A stretch of DNA of 63,700 nucleotides, filler included, from Octopus bimaculoides (GCF_001194135.2; 7 parts of 5 records of this genome joined end to end with filler, not necessarily neighbours in it); one strand, 5' to 3'. Shown: positions 47,475 to 61,565, counted from the whole stretch's first letter. Notes: generated by a model not told the origin, from the sequence alone. Numbers and translations are program-made.

Positions 47475-50400
47475 CAGTATTTAGTATAAAATCTCTAGAT
47501 TTAGTACAAACTCTGACCTAGCATACTTACAGCTAGGTCTTTGCACTTACATAACTGATCAGATCACCCATATCTCAGATGATTTTATCGGATTACTCCA
47601 CCGTCCTGGTAAGTATTGGAGCAAGGTATTAAAGTATGGATTGAAATTTTCAACTTTTACTCGACCGCATAATTGTGAAGACTTTCACTGAACATCTGCC
47701 TGGAATCAGAGATTTACTCATAACAGTCCGGTAATGTTGATTTCTTAACACCTCGCTCCTCTCGATTCTGAATACATCGAACAGCATTCGTTCTGTCATC
47801 GCACAGCACACCCTTTTTTTTAGAGACCTGTGATTGGTGACTGGGACACGAGTCCTACGGCACCCGTTTAACTAATATACTAATTCATATTTGTAAGCTA
47901 CGCCTGCCGGAAATATTGATTTTTGATTTCAGTAACTGGTGTCTGTGTACATTATGTTGAACATATAGACCACACACTAGACTGTGTAGCTCAGAAACCG
48001 CAGCTATACACAGCCGTTGAACTATCTAAAATAGTTCAACGGCTGCTATTTGAATAAGATTTGGGTGACCTGATGTCATTTCTCCAACTCCAGTCTAGCA
48101 TATTCAGAAAATCTAGTTAGTATCCAGTGGATACTATTTGGAGCAACTGCACGTACCTATTACATAGATATTCTAGTGCGTCTAAGATGCCATTCCAGTT
48201 TCCCTCTCCAACAAGTGTATACTCCTAAGAATACCTCTAGACGCAAAAATCTGACAGCTCAACTCCATTTTGTACATGAACGACTACTAGCCTAACGAAA
48301 TTGAAAATATTGCTAATATTATGCTTTTGAAGTTCAGGTTGATAAACCTCTCGTTGGAATCCAGGAAAATTGTTCTTAGCTTCAAAACAACACTACCTTT
48401 TCCGTTGCTTCGGAACGACCAAACATGTTGCACAAATCTTCGTTATTCAGAAGAACCATGGGATAACAGAATCTGTACGATGAAGAACAAAGCAGTTTGT
48501 TTTGGCTTATGTCTCTTTACTACCGTGTCGACTTTACCATTCTACCATATGAAATCGATAAAATATTTTCCAAACAAAAGAATGGATTGTAATGATTAAA
48601 ACCATTCACGTATATTATCTAGCATGGCCGCTGTCCAATACTTGAAACCTGTAAAAGAATAAATGAATAAATGAATATGCGAGTTTGCATGTATGTATGT
48701 ATGTATGTATGTATGTATGTATGTATGTATATACGTATGTATGTATATACGTATGTATGTATGTATATATGTATTTATGTAAATGTGTAGGTTTTTATGT
48801 ATATATATCTATAAAATGACCCGTCTGTGCATATTTCATATTGATTTCTAGTTTAGGCAAAAGGGCATAAATTTACAGAGGAGGCGAAGGAGCTTATTTC
48901 TTTGAAATACTATAAGTAGATTATAGAGAGCAGATGTTTGTAAGCTGAATTCTGTACTTGTTTCCATGCACTTAATATTTATATATATATATATTTTCTT
49001 TTACTTCATTTCATAAATGTTTAGGCATTTTCATATTTGATATGTGAAAATATGTATTTTGGAATATAAATTCCCTTGGATGATTTCTCTATGGATCATA
49101 AATTATAAAAGCATCATTTGCTTTGAAATAATTCAGAAAATGTTTAGAATGCTTACACTTAAAATGCACATAACATAATGGAATGCGTAAAACATTCAAT
49201 CAGATAACAGCTGGTCGATGTTTATCACTTCCAGCATTGCAAAAGTAGGAATAAATTAAAATCATGATGTTAGAATAATAAACAATATTCCATGAGGCCA
49301 AAGGGAGTCTTTGCCTGATCGCAAGATGTGCTTGAAGTAGAAGCCATATATCTTTCATATTACTGCTTCTCGTCTTTCAAAACGCGAGATGTTCGATACA
49401 GTAACTCTAGACATGCAATTCATAAAAGAAATAAATAGGATATTGATATATGAACCTTCTTTCATCGAATGACCTTGTTATAGATATCAGCACTATTTCA
49501 ATGGAACAGTTTTATGATTGTTTTTGTTTAGCTCCAGGGAAGTCCCAATTAAGTAGACGTATGATCATGGACACCCTTCTCGGAAACATTGTGTCGTTCG
49601 ATATATCAGTGACTCACCTTCATTATTTTACTCGTTGCGGGAGAATTGGCATAGTCTTCTGGAGATCGGATAAAATATCTCACAGTATTTCTTCTGAATA
49701 TCTGCGCTCTGAGCTCGTAGCCCACGGAGGTTAAACTCTACCTTTAGTCGTTAGAGGGATTGATAAAAACATACCAATCAGAGTGGTGGATAGGCAGAAT
49801 TATGGGAACAGTATTTGCTCCAAGTCATTGAGTTTTGACTTGAAAACTGGCTGGTAGACTTCAACCATTACACAATGATGGTATTCAGCACCTAAGGAGT
49901 TGAATACCACCATTCAACACCTTGGGTACTTTTAGTTCACTTTGTGGCAAGCTTTAAAGCCAAGCTTCCATTTTCCTCCTTTTCACCTCTCTCTGAGGCC
50001 CAGTAAAAATCTTGATTTCCTCTAAACTAAATTGTAAGAAAAGATTTTAAAAAGAACGGCGTAATTTCAAGATGAATTTGGTTGCTCGTTTGCTTTTCTG
50101 CACTGAGGAAACTTTTAAAAGATTGATTTGCTTCTTGCGCAAGATGTTGCATGAATATGACAAATGACAGCTACTCAATGAACTTGATTAATCCACTCAA
50201 ATTTGTAACTTTTTGTGACTTCAGTTCTTGGTTATTTCTAACACACGGAAACTTAAATCATGAAGTAACTAATGCCCACTCCCTAAAATTACTGACATTC
50301 AACTGAAATTTGAAACTATTATTATTACTATTATCAGAACAAATTTTCTGTGAAATTATCAGTGCTGCAAAGGTGGCAAAGATAGTAACACGCTAAGCAG

Positions 50401-50619
50401 TAATTAATTTCGTTGATTAATAACCAATTTTACCATTCAGTATCGGCATTCCATTTTATCCCAATGTTTAGTAGTAAGAGTTTAGCTTCTGAATTCTCGT
50501 ACAGTCAGCCATGACATTGCAATATCTTTCTTTCGTCGACAGTTGAAATTAATACAGGGCAAGGACAAATATCGTATTAACTGATCATTCCTCATCCAGA
50601 AAATGTGTAATGTTGATAT

Positions 50620-50831
50620 CGTGATAGACATGTGAGTGGTCAAAAAGCTTCCTTTGCAATCGTGTGATTTCAGGTTAAGTCCCACTGCGTGGAACTTTGA
50701 GCAAGTGCTTTCTGCTATAACTCCGAACCGTTCAATGCCTTGTGAGTGAATTCATAAAATCGGAAACTACGTAGAAGCCTGTCGTCTGTGTGTGTGTGTG
50801 TGTGTGTGAGAGTGTGTGTGTGTGTGTGTGT

Positions 50832-50921
<90 letters not shown>

Positions 50922-51140
50922 ATGTGTATGATTCAGTGTTTGCTATCCCACAATACTTGACAACTGGTGTTGGTAAATCTATGTCCCTATAACATAGCGT
51001 TTTGACAAAAGCGACCGATAGAAAAGTACCAGGCCTTACAATTAAGTATTGAGTTCAATCAGGTCGATTAATACCCTTCAAGGTGCATCCAAGGTTAACT
51101 GTAGTCTAATAACTGAAAGAAAGAAATAAAAGAACAGAAA
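50620..51140 (+). mobile_element. Diverged SINE family C with expanded (GT)n
   Basis: cccactgcgtggaactttgagcaagtgc...gccttgtgagtgaatt...ccgatagaaaagtaccaggc...ctgaaagaaagaaataaaag. Confidence 0.75.
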
Positions 51141-51309
51141 TATATATATATATATATATATATACGTTTTATTGCACTGTAAGATATAACAGATAATTGG
51201 GAAGGATTATGTATAAAAGGGGTTTAGTCAATATATTTCATGTATATCAATATATTTAGCGTTGCTGTATAAGAATTTTTGATAAGAAAGCAATCTAAAT
51301 CATTAATTT

Positions 51310-51460
51310 AAAATTTTGGCACAATGCCAGCAATTTTAAGGAAGGGAGTAAATCGATAACATCGACCGAAGTGAATAACTGGTCCTTATTTCATCAACCC
51401 CGCAAGCATTAAAGGAAAAGTCGACCTCGGCGGAATTTCAACTCAGGAGGTAAAAACAAA
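51310..51460 (-). mobile_element. Diverged SINE family B
   Basis: aaagtcgacctcggcggaatttcaactcag. Confidence 0.7.
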
Positions 51461-52779
51461 CGAAATGCACAAATACACAAATACACACACACACATACAC
51501 ACAAACACAAGAGGCACCCGAGAATTTGGTTCCTTCTTTGCTATAATAGAGATAGCGAGCGCGCGATCGCTTGTTTGTGTGTTTGTGTCATACGATTCAT
51601 TTGACAGCCCGATGCTATAACAGTTGTCTGGTGGCTTTGTCTCAGTTTANNNNNNNNNNNNNNNNNNNNNNNNNNNNNNNNNNNNNNNNNNNNTTAATTA
51701 ATTAANNNNNNNNNNNNNNNNNNNNNNNNNNNNNNNNNNNNNNNNNNNNAGTGTGTATATATATTTTTATATATTTATACACACACACAGACACAGACAC
51801 ACATATATATATATATATATGAAAAATAGAAGTTGAAAATGCATTGAGAATAGGTAAAATATTTTGGAGGCACTTTAACATATTTGAAGCTCTAACCGGT
51901 TTTACATTTTACACTTATTTTCAAAAATTTCAAATAGAAAGACGTGTATTATGTCGCAGCTGTCTTGCTTCTGACTAGTGTTTGAATTTTGCTCTGTTTT
52001 TATAGGGAGTTCATGGCTCAAATTAGTATATGTTTTGAGTAGGATTCGATTGATTGAGGATATCACATGACTGGTCTTAGAATTTTTGTACGTTCCCCGC
52101 TACGTCTGTGTGTTAGTATCAAGTGACAATGTTTGGCGTCGTAAGTTAAGGCAGACACGGCTGACTGAACAAGTCCAAACAATCAATGCTCTGAATGTTT
52201 TCTGTCAAGTGTTTGTAGAGAAAGAACAGATGATTAATCTTACAATCTTTTGTACGTTTCCCGTTACGTCCGTGACTCAATGTCACGTGATAGTATGTTT
52301 TGTGCCTAAAAAGAAGGCCGACACGATTGATTGAGGATGTTTAATTATAAGCAAGGCGCTTCAAATTTAATCTGCCTGGTGGGAGAGTGGACAGGAGTCG
52401 TTTGTATGTAGTCCAATGGTTAAAATGTAGGTTGTTAGCTGATAAGTGGTAGAATGAATTTTGTGTGTGAATAGTTATTTGGGTATGTGCTCCGTTAAAG
52501 TTTGTTAATTCTTGGTTTGTACTTTTTGATGAAAGTATTTTCTTTGTTTATCCGTGCTTCATCTGTGGTATTCGCTGAACATAGGTAGAGTGAGAAGACC
52601 TGGAATTTTTTGCACATATATCTATGTGACCACTCAGTGGAATCTGTCTACTACTGTGGTCTCGTATCTCGTTTTATTATGTTGTCTATTAGCATTAATG
52701 GATTATTGTCTTTTATGTATTACTTGTTTTAGTTCCCGGTGTTTTATTGTGAGTTTCAGGGTTTGAAACAACTGTGCGG

Positions 52780-53480
52780 CCTCTTCTTGCCAGATTAAAG
52801 GGGATATAATAATTCGTGTTTGGGATAACATGAGGAGAATAGCAAGTATTGATTTATCTGTAAAGAGTCTTTGCGTTAGATTTCTTGTGTCGTGCTTACT
52901 TTTAATTCCAGATTGCACTCTTCTGACAGTTTCCGGAGAGTTATATCCTGGTTCATTTCCAGCTTTGCGAGAATTTTCGTTTTAACTTTTTAGCAGTAAG
53001 TCCCTGAGAAAAACTCAGGCACTTTACCGAGTCTGGTGTTAGTTTATCCAGTTTAAATCTCCCGCACTCTCTGTTTACTCTACCCGCATATGTGGCAAAC
53101 TCTTCGTCATCGCTTTTCTCAGTGTTGAAACACTTCCAACGTGTGTTGAATAATGTTCACTGAACATCTTGAATAAAATGTCAACTATGTCCATGAAATT
53201 TACGTCAGAAACTTTTTAGATAATACAAAGTTACAGTATTTCTCATGTTCTATCGTCTCTAGTTTCCTCAGAATTAGACGCGCTTTCATTTCGTCCGTTC
53301 AGTCTTGGCATTTTTTTTTTTCGAAAATTTGTTCAAATTTTTGGTAATATGCCTCACCAATTTTATTAGTTGTAAATATCTTCCAACGTGCTGTAGCAGG
53401 CTGAAGCTTAAGAAAGCTATTGTAACCAATCATCATGCAGTTGAAACGCCACTCTCTCAGTCACGTTGTATTACACTTGA
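52780..53480 (-). pseudogene. Ty3/Gypsy-type gag remnant with possible short LTR and primer-binding site
   Basis: DDEEFATYAGRVNRECGRFKLDKLTPDSVKCL...KILAKLEMNQDITLRKLSEEC. TGGTGAGGC at about 53351-53359 follows an LTR-like segment. Confidence 0.6.
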
Positions 53481-54136
53481 TATCGACAGTGCTTATTGAT
53501 TGAAACATTTTAGCCAATCGGTGTCTCCGATAGAGTATCGGGCTACAATCAGTTGTTGAAAAACATCTGTAATTACAAGTAGATGTCCTGTCTGAAAAAT
53601 TTTAAATGAAATTAAATTTATATGGAAATTTACATTATTGTCAATGTCGGTACAGTGTGTGAATAAAGTTAAATTCAAATCATTATTAATATTCCTCTTG
53701 TTATTGTCTATTCTTGTACCTCTCAATAAAATGTTTTTACTCTTCTCCTGATTTCACTTGAGTTTTAAATTTTGTAAAGGGTAAATATTAAAAGCATGTT
53801 ATTACTACATGTTTTTATTTGAATAATTGATGAGATCTGACGGACATTAAAATTGATTTGTGTTTCCCTATAAAAGGTTTGATGTACTTGTCTTGTGTTT
53901 CTCTTCCTTGAGTTGCACTAATTTGTTCTTAAGTACTTGTTTTGCATGTTGCATATATCGTTTTCAATAAATAGAGGTATATAGTTTTGTTTGGGGAGAA
54001 TTCCTTTCAGTTCTGCGAGTTGTTTGTTCCTGGTACCTACATCATCAACACTAGTATAAATTTTCCTGTCTAGGAAGTATATTGCGTTTTGTTTGTGCTG
54101 GGTAGCATGATCATGTGTATCTGTGCCTTTATAATA

Positions 54137-54170
54137 TACTAGCAGTATAACCCGACCTTGTCCGGGTGTG
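54137..54170 (+). mobile_element. Possible Helentron/HINE-like 5' terminus
   Basis: tactagcagtata followed by the sub-terminal hairpin acccg...cgggt. The other end is lost in a gap. Confidence 0.4.
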
Positions 54171-54381
54171 ACTTATTATGCCATCTACGATAAGTCTTGC
54201 TAGCTGAAAATCAACTAAAAAAGAAAGCCTTACAATGAAAAAACCCTTATGATATAAATATGTTNNNNNNNNNNNNNNNNNNNNNNNNNNNNNNNNNNNN
54301 NNNNNNNNTTAATTAATTAANNNNNNNNNNNNNNNNNNNNNNNNNNNNNNNNNNNNNNNNNNNNCCATTATACCTGGGAGA

Positions 54382-54448
54382 GTGGAGGTGCAATGGCCCA
54401 GTGGTTAGGGCAGCGGACTCGCAGTCATAGGATCGCGATTTCGATTCC
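54382..54448 (+). mobile_element. SINE family A tRNA-like head only
   Basis: gtggaggtgcaatggcccagtggttagggcagcggactcgcagtcataggatcgcgatttcgattcc. Confidence 0.85.
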
Positions 54449-55729
54449 ATCTTTCCATCATCATCATCATAACCATCATTGCAACCACCACCACTACCAT
54501 TATTACCATTACCACCACCAAATCCCCCCACGCCCACCCCATCATCACCTGATCACTTTATGTTTTCCATTGTAAAAAAAAAAAAAAAAAAATCGCAGTA
54601 TTTCCTGTGAGAAAACATTCCATTTCCTTTCCTAGAGACTAATAAGGGGGGTGTCACAGGATCTAGTTCTATGTCCTCCTGACATTGGCTCCCTGGGGCA
54701 CAGAGCAAGAAAGCTCAGTTGCAAAGAGAGATGTTCTTCCTCACACTTATAAACATTCACATACATGTGTATGCGCACACGCGTGTGTGAGTGTGTGTGT
54801 GTGTGTATGTGTGCATGTACATCAACACATGTATGTATGCTCATTAACATGTGTTTATATATATGCTCGTTAGCATGGGTAAAAGCTTGTGCGAGTGTTG
54901 TGTATTTGGGGGTTTGTTTGACACGAGTGTGTTTCCGCTGAAGTGAAATATTCACATCAACACAGGACACGTGGCTACTCTACAATCACACACACAAACA
55001 AACACACAACTGTATGCACATATACTCAGACCCATAAACACTCACACACAAATGTATACACACACACACACAGTTCCAAAATAAACTTATTCCTACACAA
55101 ACATATACCTTCCTATGCCGCCTGATAAACACACACACACACACAGACAGAACTTCCATTCAATGCTATGTTTCTCTGTGTCTGTCTTCAGAGATTTCCT
55201 GTACACCAACAGGATACACCTGTAGCTTAAGTAAAAGATTTGAAAAGGGATTACTGTCACTCTGCCACTTCACCAATTTACAGTCAGATATCTTTTAAAT
55301 TAGATGAAGAAAACTGCTCCAAGAACCTCAATTCCTTACTCATTCCCCACGCAACCATTCCTCCCCCTCCTTTTCAATCATTTGCTTCTACATGAAGAAA
55401 TTCTTCAGTCACCTGTCTACTTCTCCTCTACTCACCCCACCACAAAAACGCAAGCCTTATGGCATCATTAGGGGGCAGCTGACCAGTCTGCTACACTCAA
55501 TCCCTCTCCAGAATGTATTTATACAGCAGAACAGTGATTCTCAACCATTTTTTTTTACTTCTGAACCTTTTCCATTCCTATTTTATTCTGGTAGACCTCA
55601 CCCCCACACAAAAGCCATTCAATATTTAAAAGCTAGTTGTATCGATAGATACTTGTTTCAAAATTCCAGTTTTGTTCTTCACATGTTCACTTGCAGACTT
55701 CTGCAACAGAACTCGTTTCAGAGAACTTA

Positions 55730-55845
55730 TTTCAGTGACCGAAAAGCAAAGTCGACCTTGGCGGAATTTGAACTCAGAATGTAACGGCAGACGAAATACC
55801 GCTAAGCATTTCACCCGGTGCGTTAACGTTTCTGCCAGCTCGCCG
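55730..55845 (-). mobile_element. SINE family B 5' half
   Basis: aaagtcgaccttggcggaatttgaactcagaatg...ttctgccagctcgccgcc. Confidence 0.85.
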
Positions 55846-55962
55846 CCAAGATTGGAGGTTTCTACCTTCCTCCTCTTCAGCATGTTGCCTGATATGATTG
55901 CATGAAAGATACATACACACATACACACACAAAGGAAGTTTNNNNNNNNNNGCATGAAAGAT

Positions 55963-55993
<31 letters not shown>

Positions 55994-57029
55994 GGAAGTT
56001 TTTATAAGCATAAAATTAGCAAAAATTAACTGAATAAAAGACTAGCTTTCTTATATACATATGTATACATACACATTCACGCATATATATATTATAGATA
56101 CTCAAATACACACACATGATGAGATAAGATCTTAGAATGTTAGACCTTGCAGACAAGATGATGCAGAATATAGATAAATGATTTATCACAGCATACACCC
56201 TCCCCAACTCGTGCCAGCTTAGAATGACAGATGTTTATATAGAATTAAATAATGTTGAAGAAGATATACACCCTAAACACACACACACACTCACGTAGTC
56301 TGTCTTTATCATACAAATATGGGTGGAACGATTTTGGTATCTAATGGAACATTTTATTTTGTTTTATTAAAAAAAAAAAAAATCTGTTAATTTTTCAATC
56401 ATAAACCTCATTCATTAGTCATATCTGATTCTAGATTATGTCCAGGATATGAAGCTGGGTGTTTTCTAAACAAATACTTAGTTGTTCAGGAGTTAAAATT
56501 CCTTTCCAGTCAGGATGACCAGACCACGTTCTTTCCATGATAGCCACATTATATATATGTATATATATGTGCTGGGTCTCATGAAGGCAAAGGTTGCAGT
56601 CACTGTGCTAGGAAGAAACAACTGAATGCTCAAGGCTGGAATCACCTTTGACTTTGGATTTTTTTTTGTAATTAAGGTTTTAGTGGGAATTAAACAACTA
56701 TTCTGCAGGTATGAACGGTTGGAGAAAACAACACGTTTTTGTTTATTGATAAGTTGTTACTATGGTGATGATTATTCACTTAACGGGAAGAAGGCACTCA
56801 CAACCGGTTCATCATCATCATCATCACATCTCTCACTCACTCACCTTCTACATCACTCTCAGACTCTCTCTGGTCATTCTAATTAATTCTCAATAATTAT
56901 CTAAAAGCCATGAGTCTGGTTGAGTCATATCAAACACAAACACACTGACACAGAATATAGAAGCACACAGCTAAAGAGATGAATGGGTTGATCACTGCAG
57001 GATCACATATACATCCATANNNNNNNNNN

Positions 57030-57086
<57 letters not shown>

Positions 57087-58104
57087 TCTCCCTGTCCCAA
57101 TTGTATCTCCTCCTCCTCCAAACTAGTCTCCTTTCACCCCTATCTCCCATCTTAGTCCATCAGTCACTTCCCTTCAACCCTCTCACAAAGTTACCCACCC
57201 ATTCCCCCCAGCCCAACCTTCTTGACCATTCCTCTTATAATTCACTTTCCTATACCCTGACCCCCTCTTCCCCACCATCCTCTCTCCTTCTCCAACCCAG
57301 GGTAGCCATGTACCTCCTCTACACCAAGACTCCTGTTCCTGCAACCCCCTGTTATACTTTAATCTTTAATCACCTGGCATAAAGCCACTTCCTCTATCCA
57401 TCTCTCATTCTCCTCTCCTCCTATTACCCACTGCCCACATCCTGTCTTCAGCTTCCTTTGCTCTGGTTCCTTATCTTTATTTCCTTCCCAACCATGCCGA
57501 CCCACCCCTATATAATGTGTGGGAGCCATGTAATCTCCTCTATAGCAACACACTCTCCTTGTCCCTCAATCATACTTAAGCCTTTCAACACTTGACATAA
57601 AATGACCCACTCCTACCTTCCAAATACTAACCCTACCCCCTACTTAGTAGTGGGAGCTTTTTCATTTTCTTTTTGGCCTTTGTCTTGTGGTGGGGTGACT
57701 AGATGGCAACCTCACTTGTGCCAATGAAATGAAAGAAAGCACCTAGTGCACTCTGCAAAGTGGTTGGTGTCTGGAAGAGCATCCAGCCATAGAAGCCATG
57801 CCAAAGCAGACAATGGGGCCTGGCTTGGCTCTGCAACTCACTGGTTCCTGTCAAATTGTTCAACCTAAGCCAGCAAAGAAAACAATGTTAAATAAGGATG
57901 ATGACAAAACACACGTGCGCACACACACACACATCTATGGACCATTCCAAGAGTTGTTACCTCATGCAAAGAATAAGAATTTGCTCGACTAAAGGCGGTG
58001 CTCCAGCATGGCCACAGTCAAATGACTGAAACAAGTAAAAGAGTATTCTTTCACTCATTACTGTCCAAAATTTCATTCTTTGAAGAGCTTTTNNNNNNNN
58101 NNTG

Positions 58105-58470
58105 CTGGAGCACCACCTTTAATCGAGCAAATCGACCCCAGGACTTATTCTTTGTAAGCCTAGTACTTATTCTATCAGTCTCTTTTGCCGAACTGCTAAG
58201 TTACGGGGACGTAAACACACCAGCATCGGTTGTCAAGCGATGTTGGGGGGGGGGGACAAACACAGACACACAAACATATACACACATACACATATATATA
58301 TATACATATATACGACGGGCTTCTTTCAGTTTCCGTCTACCAAATCCACTCACAAGGCTTTGGTTGGTCCAAGGCTATAGTAGAAGACACTTGCCCAAGG
58401 TGCCACGCAGTGGGACTGAATCCGGAACCATGTGGTTGGTAAGCAAGCTACTTACCACACAGCCACTCCT
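58105..58470 (-). mobile_element. SINE family C, near full length; further pieces at 57975-58045 (+) and 58975-59125 (-)
   Basis: High similarity to the other family C copies across head, microsatellite and tail. Confidence 0.9.
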
Positions 58471-58918
58471 ACACCTGGATTTTTTTTGTGCTTGATAATG
58501 AAAAATATTCCCATTAGAGTTCCAAACAGGACACAGTCAAGTCTTTCAAAATAATTATACTTATGATATATGATATAATTGTAACTCAGAATGTGTGATT
58601 ATCTATTCAGATAACATATTTGGGATTATTTGCTTCATGTCACCTTCACCTCAGTTTATTTTGCAGTTGTACAGATAAAAGTAGTTTTTTTTCACTCCTC
58701 TATTCACTACATTCACATTTATTTAGCCTTAATTCTCAAGGAATATGAAAACCATTTTTTAGCATTATACATGATTTTTCAGTTTCTGTCTTTCAAGTAA
58801 ATCTAGTCACATTTGGAACATTCTGGAAGTTACATGAAATAACTTTAAATGGTTTTCAAGTTATTACAATTTTGAAATGAAAAATACCTTATTCTCCTAT
58901 TTTATGAATGTGGAAGGG

Positions 58919-58962
<44 letters not shown>

Positions 58963-60407
58963 TATATATATGAAAAGGTTCTTTCAGTTTCCATCTACCA
59001 AATCCACTCACAGGGCTTTGGTTGACCTGTGGCTTTAGTAGAAGACACTTGCCCAAGGTGCTACACATAGTGGGACCGAACCTGGAACTAAGTGGTTGGG
59101 AAGCAAATTTATAACCATACAGCCACATTAACCCATTACCTCCCATAATTCTATTAACTGGAATTTTTTTTATGAAACTTTGATTTCTGGCATAAAACAG
59201 CCTTACAAACACGCTGGAATGATCAAAATAACATTTTAAATAGAAATAAGCGAGATATTGGGTGAAAAATTAGCAAACCTCATTTGAATATCAGAGAAAT
59301 ATACCTAGTAGATATAGCAAAAAAGGTTAGATATGTGTAAATATTGACAGATAATTACGAAAAGTCTTCAAGGTGGTGCCCCAGCTTGGCCACAATCTAA
59401 TGATTGAAACAAGATAAAAGACTGTGATTGCGTGTGTGTGTATGTATCTGGGTCTGTCACAAAATATTATTGTTTCTTTTACTGGCTCTTATTAATACCT
59501 CTCTCTTGCAAAGTGTTCATATTATGTCAAAGAAGAAAATTCATTTCTACTCAAAGATATTGATGGAAGAAATTTACGAAAATGCAGAACAGCTTTGCTT
59601 TCTAGAAGTGTGGAACTAACCAAACCAAAACATTTAGTCTCCAGCAAAATGACAGTCACAGAATTATTAAAAGTAGAACAAACCTCTGCACATACACACT
59701 GAGGCATGCGTTAGAGAAAACGACAGCAGCATGCTACAAAATGCAGAAGCAGATTCCCCCCAAAAAAGACTCCAAGATAAGCAGCAAGAGGTGTAGTAGG
59801 AGGAAGCTGAGTGTATGGATGTGGGACAAAGGGAGAGGAGAGGAAGGCAGAGGAGAGCGAGGGAGTCGACAGCTATGAGAGAGAGATAACACCACCCAAC
59901 GTTGTTGTGGAGACAAGAAGATGGAGTTAACTGGAGAGTGATGCACACAATATGTATACAATACACACTGAGGTACACATAGACACATGTGTACGTATGT
60001 ATGTATAGATATGTGGATTTTCATGGATGAATTCAATAATTGTGGGGGTTTTTCTCTAATTCATATATTTATATATTGTGAAATTTAATTTAATTTTGAT
60101 AAATTAGATTGAATTTTTCCCTGTAAATTTGGGTTTTTATCCCTAATATATATATNNNNNNNNNNNNNNNNNNNNNNNNNNNNNNNNNNNNNNNNNNNNN
60201 NNNNNNNNNNNNNNNNNNNNNNNNNNNNNNNNNNNNNNNNNNNNNNNNNNNNNNNNNNNNNNNNNNNNNNNNNNNNNNNNNNNNNNNNNNNNNNNNNNNN
60301 NNNNNNNNNNNNNNNNNNNNNNNNNNNNNNNNNNNNNNNNNNNNNNNNNNNNNNNNNNNNNNNNNNNNNNNNNNNNNNNNNNNNNNNNNNNNNNNNNNTT
60401 GCAATTA

Positions 60408-60652
60408 TTGGGTTGGTGCATAATTATTGCGACTTTTTTTCAACAAATTTTATTCAACAAAAACAATGACAATATTTAACAAAATCATCTTTAAATCACT
60501 GTCTGCCAAGCAAATGGGAAGCAATAATTGAAGTAGATGGTGAATATGCTCCGGAATAATCATTTAAAGACGTTTTTGTTACATGTTGTTATTGATTTTG
60601 TTGAATAAAATTTGTTGAAAAAAAAACCCACAATAATTATGCACCAACCTTA
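60408..60652 (+). mobile_element. Mariner-derived MITE / internal deletion derivative
   Basis: TIRs ttgggttggtgcataattattg / caataattatgcaccaacctta. TA flanks. Long sub-terminal inverted repeats. Internal LPSKWEAIIEVDGEYAPE* resembles a mariner transposase C-terminus. Confidence 0.9.
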
Positions 60653-61191
60653 TATATTATGAAAAGACGATTTGGTGATCCTTGGGTATTGTATACTGAG
60701 TGTCGATATAAAGAGATATTGCCATTCACCTATTTCAGCTTAGCCTTTTTATCTATCTCATGAGGGAAGGTTATATGAGTGACTGATGCTGTGTACCAAT
60801 ACTGAAGGATTGCTGACTATTATAGGAAAACAAACACAAAACCCATTGAATTTACTTTTCAATGATTTCTAGAGCTGTGAAAAATCTGATCACAGTTCAG
60901 TGATTCTGCTCACTGACCTGGATTACGATTATGATTAGGAAGACTGTGTTAGTGACCCAGGCACCATTACTATGTCAAATGTAATCCTTATTTATGCCCA
61001 TTGTTTCGAAATGATCCGGCATTATCTCATAGCTTTGAGATTGTGATGATGTGATGTTGTTTATCTTTAGAATGATTTTGTAGGGTAGGCGTGAGAGGCC
61101 AGATCTGTCCTGTTTGAACATAAAACAAGTAGAATATTTGGATCCTGGATATGGCTAGTTTAAATGCTGAAGGGATGGATATATATATATC

Positions 61192-61565
61192 ATCATCATC
61201 ATCATCGTTTAACGTCTGCTTTCCATGCTAGCATGGGTTGGACGATTTGACTGAGGACTGGTGAAACCAGATGGCTGCACCAGGCTCCAATCTGATTTGG
61301 CAGAGTTTCTACAGCTGGATGCCCTTCCTAACGCCAACCACTCAGAGAGTGTAGTGGGTGCTTTTACGTGCCACTGGCACGAAGACCAGTCAGGAGGTAC
61401 TGGCAACGGCCACACTCAAAATGGTGTATTTTACGTGCCACCTGCACAGGAGCCAGTCCAGCGACACTGGCAACGAACTCGCTCGAATGTCTTTTCACGT
61501 TCCACTGGCACAAGTACCAGGAAGGCGACGTTGGTAACGGTCACGCTCAAATGATGCTATTCACG
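61192..61565 (-). mobile_element. RTE LINE 3' end; older fragments at about 57720-57905 and 63400-63565
   Basis: catcatcatcgtttaacgtctgctttccatgctagcatggg..., same family as 5219-5790. Confidence 0.88.

Noticed and set aside
59496-59703. Stop-free plus frame LAKCSYYVKEENSFLLKDIDGRNLRKCRTALLSRS...
   Set aside because: No recognisable homology and only weak splice signals. An open frame of this length can occur by chance.
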